64,000 nt of DNA. It comes from Centroscyllium fabricii (Eukaryota). How positions within the stretch are numbered: the stretch's first letter is position 1; the number at the start of each line of letters is the position of its first letter. A program made the translations under genes and the position numbers. Shown here piece after piece: positions 26,061-35,805 of the stretch. The stretch is taken from assembly GCA_051313645.2 (NCBI GenBank), contig JBNRSN020000034.1:23994001-24058000 (forward strand), written 5' to 3'. The notes under the pieces are model-generated. The model made no database searches, was not told where the DNA came from, and saw only the letters and a program-made list of their open reading frames with translations.

Positions 26061-26489
26061 AGAAACATAGAAACATAGAAACTAGGAGCAGGAGTAGGCC
26101 ATTCGGCCCTTCGAGCCTGCTCCGCCATTCAACGAGATCATGGCTGATCATCCAAACCCAGTACCCCGCCCCTGCCCCCTCCCCATACCCCTCCCCATAT
26201 CCCTCGATCCCTATCGAGCCCACATATCCCACCCTATCCCCGTAACCCCACATATTTAATCCCCCTAACACTAAGGGTCAATTTATCATGGCCAATCAAC
26301 CTAACCCGCACATCTTTGGACTGTGGGAGGAAACCGGAGCACCCGGAGGAAAGCCACGCAGATACGGGGAGAATGTGCAAACTCCACACAGATAGTACCC
26401 GAGGCTGGATTTGAACCCGGGTCTCCAGTGCTGTGAGGCAACAGTGCTAACCACTGTGCCACCGTGCCACCCATGCCACCGTGCTGCCC
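26061..26489 (-). mobile_element. HE1-type V-SINE (tRNA-derived head, V domain, HER1/CR1 3' tail)
   Basis: Minus strand has A box TGGCACAGTGG, B box GGTTCAAATCC, V-domain GTGGAGTTTGCACATTCTCCCCGT..TCCGGTTTCCTCCCAC, and CR1-type tail GGGCCGAATGGCCTACTCCTGCTCC..(TTCTATGT)n. Confidence 0.9.
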
Positions 26490-27129
26490 ATTATATAGGG
26501 TATTATACATTGTGAAGATCAGTCTGTTTATATTGTACATTGTCAAGATCAGAGTGTTCATAATGTACTTTTTGAAGATCAGACTATTTATATTGCACAT
26601 TGTGTAGATCAGTCTGTTGATATTGTACAATGTGAAGATCAGAGTGTTTATATTGTACATTGTGGAGATCAGTTTGCTTATATTGTACATATTGAAGATC
26701 AGTCTGTTTATCATGTATATTGTGAAAATCAATCGGTTTATATTGTACATTGTGAAGATCATTGAGTTTATATTGTACAGTGTGAAGTCCAGCCTGTTTA
26801 TATTGTACAGAGTGAATATCAGACTATTTATATTGTACATTGTGAAGATCAGTCAGTTTATATTGTACATTGTGAAGATCAGTCTGTTTATATTGTACAT
26901 TGTTAAGATCAGAATGTTTATATTGTGCATTGTGAAGATCCAACTCTTTATATTGTACTTTGCGATGATCAGTCTGTTTATATTGTACATTGTGAAGATC
27001 ATCTTGTTTATATTTTACAGTGTGAAGATCAGTCTGTTTATATTGTACAGTGTGAATTTCAGAGTGTTTATATTGTACATTGTGAAGTTCAGACTGTTGA
27101 TATTGTACATTGTGAGGATCAGAATGTTT

Positions 27130-27949
27130 GGGCCAGAAATTCCGATGCCTAAAGCAGATGCCCACGGAGATGCCCACGAAAAATGCCCACGGATCCGAGA
27201 TTTCCGATGCTGAGGGAGAAGGGCCCTCAGTATCAAACGCACGAGTGAGTTGCACCCAGAAATTGGGCTCCAAAAGGGTGCTTTTTTTTCTGTGATTCTG
27301 TGGGCAACAGAGCCCTCAGATGCACATGAAAAAAGCTGCAGTAACTCATGGGTGAGGTAGAGAGAAACGTTCTTAAACAAGGTAAGTTACTTTTTTACCT
27401 TTAATTTTAAGTTTTAACAGTTTTGGGGAGTAATGTGGTCAGATCGGTAGCGTTAAATTTTTAAGTTAAAGTTTGTTTTTTTAATTTACAAATCCGATTT
27501 TAAGTTAATTTACCTGTTTCAAATCGCTAATTTTTAAAGTTAAATTTCTGAAATTTTTAACGATCTAGCTATAATAAAAAATCTAAGAGAAAAAATGGCA
27601 GACTTACCTAGTGTTTCTTCCTCTGGGAAGCTGCTGTGCCCGCGCTGCTCCCCGCCGAGTCTGTGAGTGCAGCTCCGCACGTCCCTGCTCTCACAAACGT
27701 CTGACTCGGGATCTGTGCGCATTTTTCTTTTTTAAATTAGGGATCTGGGGGCGTTTTTAATTTAAATTTGGGATCTGTGGGCGGGGCATACACTGCGCAC
27801 CTAGCGTGGCTGGACTGCCATGTTGCGAACGAAGGGGGCGGAGCCAATCGGAAATTCAGAGCATAAAAAAAGTCCGATGTTGGTGGGCTTCTTAAGTGCT
27901 CCGCATGGTCCTAGTTGCCCTCCAACCGGCAAACCCGAATTTCTGGCCC
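27130..27949. mobile_element. Non-autonomous DNA transposon (MITE) with GGGCCAGAAATTC terminal inverted repeats
   Basis: Perfect 13-bp TIRs at 27130-27142 and 27937-27949. Three 12-bp-spaced subterminal ATGCCCACG repeats. Satellite resumes on both sides. No coding capacity. Confidence 0.85.
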
Positions 27950-28213
27950 ATTGTATCTTGTGAAGATCAGAGTGTTTTTATTGTACGGTGTGAATATCAA
28001 ACTGTTTATATTGTACGGTGTGAATATCAGACTGTTTATATTGTACATCATGAAGATCAGTCTGTTTTTATTGTACAGTGTGAAGGTCAGTCTGTTTAAA
28101 GTGTACATTGTGAAGATCAGTGTGTTTATACTGTACATTGCGAAGATTAGGCTGCTTATATTGTACCTTATGAAGTTCAGTCTATTGTACATTGTGAGGA
28201 TCAGTATTTTATT

Positions 28214-28982
28214 TGCCCAGAAATTGCAGTGGAGCCTTTGTGCAGGTGCAGTACCTGCTTAACGCACTTTAATTGCCCATATTCAGTTTTGCTTTTTTGC
28301 ACTGAGAAATTCCCGTTAGCCCAGCCTGTCAGAGCTCCATGCGAGTTTCATGGGCATCTGAAGGGCGTAATTAGTGCGAGGTGGCTTTTGAGACCACATG
28401 ATTGGCAGGGAGCCAATCAGTGGAAGCAATTCTCCGTTCAAAACTTCCACAGAGAAATCTGTGCGAGTTTTGAAAAGAGAGATTCCCAAAAGACATCTAA
28501 ACACAAAAATAAAATTTTACAAACACCACATTTTTTAAACATTACCCCAACTAACACAAATAACCTATTTTAAAGAAAAAATAAAAATTTGCAGAAAAAT
28601 GTTTCAACTTCCAACAGGTCTAAAAAAATATTACCTGTCTTTAAAGTTATCAACAATTAAAAACCTGAAAAAACAACAATTAAAATCAATAAAATACACA
28701 CTTACCAGATAAAAACGGGTGTTTACGACTCCTATTTTCCAGCATTGAATTTTCTGCTCTTGGTCCGTAGAAAAACTTTTTAAAAATATCGGAAAGACTG
28801 GGTGATCCCGTAGTTCGCTGCTTCCTGCGCTGGACCTCGCAGGAAGCAGCGACCCCCCCCCCCCCGCTGGGCGGCACAGGAAAACCCGAAGCGTGCGCTC
28901 CGGCTGCTTCCTGCGGGTTTAAGCTCTGGTGCGCTCGCACCAGAGCTTAAACCCGATATGCGCAGACTGCAATTTCTGGGCC
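28214..28982 (-). mobile_element. MITE (PIF/Harbinger-like), same family as 44528-45286 in opposite orientation
   Basis: TIR GCCCAGAAATTGCAGT / ACTGCAATTTCTGGGC and 3-bp TSD ATT (28211-28213, 28983-28985). Colinear reverse complement of 44528-45286. Strand is only relative to that copy. Confidence 0.88.
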
Positions 28983-29220
28983 ATTATAGTAGCCTGTGAA
29001 GATCAGACTGTTTACTTGTACAGTGTGAAAATCAGACTCGTTATATTCTACATTGTGGAGATAAGCATGTTTTCATTGTACATTGAAGATCAGTCTGTTT
29101 ATATTTTACTTTGTGAAGATCAGTCTATTTATATTGCACATTGTGAAGATCAGCCTGTTTATATTGTAAAGTGTGAAGCCCAGCCTGTTTATATTGTAGT
29201 GTGAAGATCAGTCTGTTTAT

Positions 29221-29798
29221 CAATCTGTTCAGTCCGTAAGGGGGACACCGAGCTCCCGGTGGCCTGTCACTTTAATTCTCCATTCCACTCCCATTCAGAC
29301 CTCACTTACTGTGGCCTGTTGCATTGTTCCACGGAAGCCCAGCGTAAACTCGAGGAGCGCCTCATCTTTCGCTTAGGCACTCTACAGCCCTCTGGACTAA
29401 ACATAGAGTTCAACAATTTTAGATCATAACCTTGGCCCCTACCACACTTTTTTACATATATATATATATCTCTCTTTTTTCAATCCACATTTTCGTCTGG
29501 GCTTTTTTCTTTTTCTTTACTCTGCTAAACCTGTTCACATCTATTCAGAGCCTTCCTGTGTTCCTTCAATTTCTTCGAATATCTCTGACCTTCCCCCGCC
29601 TTCTAGCCTGTCGCTGATCTTCCTTTGTTCTTTCAGCTCCCCCTGCTTTCCCCAGCCCCCACAAGCTTTAAAATCTATCTCCCCTCCTGGCCTCTCTAGT
29701 TTTGAAGAAAGGTCATCGACCTGAAACGTCAACTCTGCTCCTCTCTCCACCGATGCTGCCTGGCCTGCTGAGTTTCTCCAGTGTTTTCTGTTGTTATT
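29221..29798 (+). mobile_element. Penelope-like element 3' fragment (GIY-YIG C-terminus plus pseudo-LTR/3' UTR)
   Basis: Translates as ..ELPVACHFNSPFHSHSDL..GLLHCSTEAQRKLEERLIFRLGTLQPSGLNIEFNNFRS*, typical of the PLE endonuclease end. Satellite phase suggests a duplicated TCAGTCTGTTTAT target. Confidence 0.85.
29697..29735 (+). ncRNA. Minimal type I hammerhead ribozyme motif of the Penelope element (core C3 mutated)
   Basis: AGTT-[T]TGAAGA-A-AGGTC-ATC-GACCT-GAAA-CGTC-AACT: CUGANGA box with C>T, 5-bp stem II, GAAA box, palindromic ACGT stem III, GUC cleavage triplet, AGTT/AACT stem I. Confidence 0.7.
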
Positions 29799-30653
29799 TC
29801 AGTCTGTTTATATTGTACATTGTGAAGATCAGTCTGATTATATATTACATTTTGAAGATGAGTCTATTTATATTGCACATTGTGAACATCGGTCTGGTTG
29901 TATTGTACATTGTGAGGATCAGTCATTTATTATAGTAGATTGTGAAGATCAGACTGTTTATTTTGTACAGTGTGAAATTCAGACTCGTTATAGAAACATA
30001 GAAGATAGGAGCAGGAGTAGGCCATTCGGCCCTTCGAGCCTGCTCCGCCATTCAATTAGATCATGACTGGTCTTTCAGATTCAGTACCCTGTCCCTGCCT
30101 TCTCCCCATATCCCTTGATCCCTTCCGCCTGAAGAAATATATCCAACTCCTTCTTGAACATATTTAATGAACCGGCTTCCAACTGCCCTCTGTGGCAGAG
30201 AATTCCACAGGTTCACCACTCTCTGGGTGAAGAAATTCCCCTCATCTCAGTCCTAAATGGCTTTCCCCTTATCCTTAGACTATGGCCCCTGGTTCTGGAC
30301 TTCCCTTTCATCGGAAACATCCTTCCTGCATCCAGTCTGTCCAGACCTGACAGAATTTTATAGGTTCCAATGAAATCCCCTCTCAATCATCTGAACTCCA
30401 GTGAGTATAAGCCCAATTGACTCAATCTCTCCCCATACGTCATTCCTGCCATCCCAGGTATCAGCCTGGTGAATCTTCGCTGCACTCCTTCAATGGCAAG
30501 AACGTCCTTCCTCAGATGAGGCGACCAAAACTGCACACAATACCCGAGGTGTGGTCTTACTAAGGTCCTGTAGGGCTGCAGCAAGACATCCTTGTTCTTA
30601 TATTCGAGCCCTCTTGCTACGAAGGCCAACATACCATTTGCCTTCTTAACCTT

Positions 30654-31043
30654 GGGCGGCACGGTGGCATAGTGGTTAGCACTGTTGCCTTACAGCACTA
30701 GAGACCCGGGTTCAAATCCAGCCTTGGGTACTATCTGTGTGGAGTTTGCACATTCTCCCCGTGTCTGCGTGGGTTTCCTCCGGGTGCTCCGGTTTCCTCC
30801 CACAGTCCAAAGATGTGCGGGTTAGGTTGATTGGCCATGATAAATTGACCCTTAGTGTTAGGGGGATTGAATATGTGGGGTTACGGGGATAGGGTGGGAT
30901 ATGTGTCGGTGCAGGCTTGATAGGGATCGAGTGATATGGGGACAAGGCAGGGATAGGGTTTGGATGATCAGCCATGATCTCATTGAATGGCTCGACGGGT
31001 CGAATGGCCTACTCCTGCTCCAATCTTCTATGTTCTATGTTCT
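30654..31043 (+). mobile_element. HE1-type V-SINE inserted in the CR1 LINE
   Basis: GGGCGGCACGGTGGCATAGTGG head, B box GGTTCAAATCC, V domain and (TTCTATG)n tail. TAACC occurs near both junctions. Confidence 0.9.
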
Positions 31044-31748
31044 AACCGCCTGCTGCAACTGCATGCTTACCTTCAGTGACTGGTGCACAAGAACACCCTG
31101 GTCTCTTTGCACTTCCCCATCTCCCAATCTATTACCATTCAAATAATAATCTGCCCTCCTGTTTTTGCCACCAAAGTGGATAACCTCACGTTTATCCACA
31201 TTATAGTGCATGTGCCATGTATTTGCCCAATCCCACAAACTGTCCAAATCGCATTGGAGTTTCGCGACATCCTCCTCACAGCATACCCTCCCACCCAGCT
31301 TTGTGTCGTCTGCAAATTTGGAGATATTACATCCAATTCCCTTGTCCAGATCATTAATATATATATTGTGAATAACTGAGGTCCAAGGACCGATCCTTGT
31401 GGTACTCCACTAGTCACTGCCTGCCACTCAGAAAATGACTCGTTTATTCCAACTCTTTGCTTTCTATCTGCCAACCAGTTCTCTATGCAAGTCAATACCT
31501 TGCCCCCAATCCCATGTGCCTTAATTTTGCATGCTAATCTCTTCTGCGGGACCTTATCGAAAGCCTTCTGAAAGTCCAAATACACCACATCCACTGGTTC
31601 TCCATTATCTATTTTACCAGTTACATCGTCAAAACATTCCAGTAGATTAGTCAAGCATGATTTACCTTTTGTAAATCCATGTTGACATTGTCCGATCCTG
31701 TCACTGCTTTCCAAGTGCTCTGCTATAACATCTTTTATAATGGACTCT

Positions 31749-34700
31749 TGTGGCAGGTTCACTGTCTGATTGTATATATTAGGGGTGTACATAATTCCCT
31801 TTAACAAAGTCCTAACACCAGCCGGACATTCGACCATGGTGTTAGGCATTTCTGTATTGTAAATGTATTCTCTGTATGTACGGGGTGTGGCCCCTTTAAG
31901 AGCCTGGGAAAATGCGGGCCAACGTGATAACATCATCACTTTGGGCACGGGGCTGCCCTGGCAGTCCCTGCAGAGTTGGCATCGAGTAAAGACCTGTTTT
32001 TGAATCGTTCCTCTGCGTAGACCTCATTTTTGTTAGAAATCCATTTATTTCTACAGTGGTGACCCCGAATTTGGTGAACATTTTCACCGACTATTCCAGC
32101 AAGATGGCAGCAAATGCCGTTGCCCTGAAACTGCCTCAATTCTGGGAGCAGCAGGCGCCCGCGTGGTTCATTCAAGTCGAAGCCCAGTTCGCCCTGCGAG
32201 ACATCATGGCAGACCAGACAAAATTTCTGTACATAGTCTCTGCCCTCGACAGCTCCACAGCCTCCCGGGTCGTCAGCCTCCTGGAAAATCCCCCTGCGGA
32301 TAGCAAGTATGAAGCACTTAAAGCGCGATTGCTACATGTCTTTGGGCTCACCAAAGCAGAGCGCGCCCTTTGACTACTCTCGATGCCCGGCCTCGGGGAT
32401 TGCAAGCCGTCAGAGTTAATGAGCCAGATGCTCACGCTCCTGAGCTCAGAACTGGAATGCTTTCTGTTCCGAGAGGTTTTCCTCAGCCAGCTACCCGAGC
32501 AAGTACAAGCTGCCCTGGCTGGCTCCACAATCACCGACTGCACAGCCCTTGCTGCTGAGGCCGATAAAATCTTCGCCGTCACTCGGCACTACTGCGCTGC
32601 CATGAGGTAATCAGCCACCACGGACACCGCCCCAGCTCGTCAAACTGCTGGCCTCTGCTTTTACCACACACAGTTCGGCGCGAAGGCGAGGCATTGCCAC
32701 CCTCCCTGCAATTTCTCCGAAAAAAAAGCCACCCAACTTACGCTGCAGCCACAGCAGACCGTGTTTAAAAAGCACCTTGCAGCAGCAATGGCAGTCGGCA
32801 GCGCGGGAAAGCTGCTTTACATTACGGATACACTTTCGGGTTGACGATTTCTTTGTGACACCGGTGCGCAATGCAGCATTCTGCCCGCTTCCGCCCTTGA
32901 CATCCAGACGGGGAATCACGGGCCCACCCTTGAAGCGGCCAACGGCGGGGCAATCCGGACCTTTGGCAGGTGGCGGGTTGAAGTGTCCTTCGGTGGCCAG
33001 AGAGCCCACTGGGATTACGTCACGGCTAAGGTCTCCCAGCCCTCCGCGGTGAGGATTTTCTGTGCACCAACAGCTTACTGGTGGGCATCCGGAATCGACG
33101 ACTCATCAATTCGGCAACATTTAACTCACTACCCTGTTACCGTAGTAACATGACGGCACGTATGGTCTCCTGCTCTTTTCCAACGCCCGGCAAATTTGCT
33201 CGCCACCTGGGTAAATTCCCCGGCCTGACATAAGAACATAAGAAATAGGAGCAGGAGTAGGCCAATCGGCCCCTCGAGCCTGCTCCGCCATTCAACAAGA
33301 TCATGGCTGATCTGATCCTAACCTCAATTTTATTTTAACTCTCCACCCCACCCAAACCCATGTGATCACCTGGGAGAGGCGAAAAACCAGATTAAAAAAA
33401 ACCAGTAGCCAATTTGGGAGAAAAAATCTGGGAAATTCCTCTCCGACCCATCTAGGCGATCGAAAACTGGTCCAGGAGATCACATGGCCGATCTGAACCT
33501 ATCCTCACGTCCACATGAACCTGACGCAGCCCACCTTCTCCTCCTCATCCGCCATACATGGAGTGGAACACCATATTTCCACTAACGGCCCCCCGGTCTA
33601 TGCGCGGGCCCGGTGCCTCGAGCCTGGCAAGATGGCGGTTATGAAGGCGGAGTTTGCCACAATGGAGCGCCTGGGGATTATTCGCCGGTCGAATAGTCCC
33701 TGGTCTTCACCTCTTCACATCGTCCCGAAACCTGGCGGAGGATAGCGGCCCTGCGGCGACTATCGGCATCTGAACGATGCCACCACACTGGATCGATACC
33801 CGATCCCCCATATCCAGGATCTCTCTGCCCATTTGGCAGGTAATACCGTCTTCTCCAAGGTCGACTTCATCTGGTGCTACCACCAGGTCCCAGTGCACCC
33901 ACAAGATGTCCAGAAGACCGCAGTCATCACCCCGTTCGGGCTTTTCGAATTCCTCAGAATGCCATTCGGCTTGAAGAACGCAGCTCAGGCTTTCCAGCGA
34001 CTGATGGACTCTGTGCTGCGGGATCTCAAGTTCCTCTCCATCTATTCAAACAACATTCTAGTCGCCAGTCCGAACAAGGCAGAGCATCTCAGTCACCTGC
34101 ACACCCTGTTCCATCGCCTCAGTCAACATGGCCTCATCATCAATCTGGCCATGTGCCAGTTTGGCTTGCACCAAATTGACTTACTGGGGCATTGCATCAC
34201 ACCAGAAGGGGCAGTGCCTTCACCTGCAAAAGTAGGGGACAGCCTTTCCACGCTCGCAAAACGTCAAGGCCCTGCAGGAATTTCTGGGTCTGGTGAACTT
34301 TTATCACCGGTTCGTTCCTAAGGCAGCACTCCTCATGCAACCCGTGTACGAGGCACTCAAGTGCAAATCGGGCAAGAACCCCATCAACTGGACGGAGGAG
34401 ATGACTCTAGTGTTTGCTGCAACGAAAAGCACCTTGGCCAATGCCACCATGTTGGCGCATCCTCTACCAGAAGCCACCATAGCCCTCACCACAGATGCGT
34501 CGGATTACACGGTAGGTGCAGTCCAGCAGCAGTGGGTGAACGGCGCCTGGCAACCTTTGGCTTTCTTCAGTCGGCAACTGCGGCAGAACGAGAGGGCTTA
34601 CAGCACTTCTGACCGAGAGTTGCTCGCTCTTTTCCTGGCTGTCCGACATTTCCGGTTTCTCCTGGAAGGTCGCCCCTTCACAGCCTTTGTCGACCACAAA

Positions 34701-35805
34701 CCACTCACATTTGCTATGTCCAAGACCGCCAAGCCATGGTCAGCCCAACAGCAGTGCCAGCTGACGTACATTTCTGAGTTTACCACGGATATCCAGCACA
34801 TGGCCAGTAAGGACAACCTGGTGGCAATACCACAGTGCTGTGCGATGTCTCAGTGCAAGATCCTCGACCCATTGTGCCGGACGCTTGGTGCTACAAAGTC
34901 TTCGACGCCATCCACGGGTTATCACACCCCGGCATGAAGGCCTACCAGAAGCTGATGTCAGCAAAGTTCGTCTGGCACAGCATGCATAAAGACATCCGAG
35001 ACTGGCCCAACACCTGTGTAGTCTGCCAAAAGTCCAAAATCCACTGACACATCAAGGCGGTGCCAGAGCGTCGTTCGACCATGTCCACGTCGATTTGGTA
35101 GGTCCTCTTCCACTCTCTCATGGTTTTTCACACATTCTTACCATGGTCGACCGCACCACCAGATGGCCGGAGGCATTCCCGCTTTCATCCACCACTTCGG
35201 CGGACGTAGCCAGAGCATTTATCTCCGCGTGGGTCGCCCATTTCGGGGTTCCAGCTGACATATCCTCAGACAGGGGCCCACAGTTCTCTTCAGAGTTCTG
35301 GAATGCGGTGGCCCAGGGGCTCGACACCACACCACAGCCTACCACCTGCAGGCGACCGGCCTCTGTAAGCGGTTCCATCGGTCGATGAAGGCCGCACTGA
35401 GGGCTAGTCTCCAAGACGCAGCATGGGTGGACAAACTACCGTGGGTCCTACTGGGTCTTCGCACAGCACCCAAGGAGGATCTTCACTCTTCCTCTGCAGA
35501 ATTGGAGTACGGGCAGCCTCTGAGGGTCCCAGGTGAATTTATCCCAACTGCAACGGAGCCGTGGTCCGCCTCTGTGCAGCTAGCTCAACATCAGGAGGCT
35601 GCCAGATGCTTTCGTCCTGTTCCTACTTCGCACCATGGAATACAACGATCCCAGGGCCCTAAGGAGCTACACATCGCCGAATACGTCTTCATTCGACACG
35701 ATACTCACAAGGATCCATTCAAGGCCCCATATACCGGCCCCGTGTTGGAGACAGGTGACAGGATGTTCACTTTTTGTTTTTGTTAGAGATCCGCTGATTG
35801 CTACA
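31749..35805 (+). mobile_element. CsRn1/Kabuki-like Gypsy LTR retrotransposon, decayed, 3' LTR mostly deleted
   Basis: 5' LTR 31749-32055 (TG..CA). PBS TGGTGACCCCGA (tRNA-Trp 3' complement) at 32057. Gag MAANAVALKLPQFW..WFIQVEAQF with CHCC box CFYHTQFGAKARHCHPPC (~32656-32710). RT (MPFGLKNAAQAFQR), RNase H (TTDASD..RELLA..DHKPL), integrase (VDRTTRWPEA, SDRGPQF). 4-bp TSD CTCT at 31745-31748 and 35806-35809. Confidence 0.9.
33230..33519 (-). mobile_element. Short retroposon (SINE or 5'-truncated CR1 3' UTR) with HER1-type tail, inserted in Gypsy pol
   Basis: TSD CCTGAC at 33224-33229 and 33520-33525. Minus-strand tail GGCCTACTCCTGCTCCTATT(TCTTATGT)n. Confidence 0.8.

Larger units (their letters stand above)
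4274..29990. repeat. 30-bp tandem satellite/minisatellite array, consensus GTGAAGATCAGTCTGTTTATATTGTACATT, interrupted by TE insertions
   Basis: Hundreds of head-to-tail monomers without spacers. They produce the 10-aa periodic ORFs (IVHCEDQSVY / LYIVKISLFI / MYNINRLIFT). Confidence 0.98.

Noticed and set aside
4274-29990. 30-bp repeats as a CRISPR array
   Set aside because: Monomers are head-to-tail with no unique spacers, there are no cas genes, and the context is vertebrate.
4229-29990. Many 10-aa periodic ORFs (IVHCEDQSVY, LYIVKISLFI, MYNINRLIFT) as repeat or metal-binding proteins
   Set aside because: They are a by-product of a monomer length divisible by 3. Several frames on both strands are open at once, and frequent indels and TE insertions show no frame conservation.
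26380-31043. tRNA genes at the A/B-box motifs (26400-26470, 30660-30720)
   Set aside because: These are tRNA-derived SINE heads joined to the V domain and LINE tail; no complete cloverleaf.
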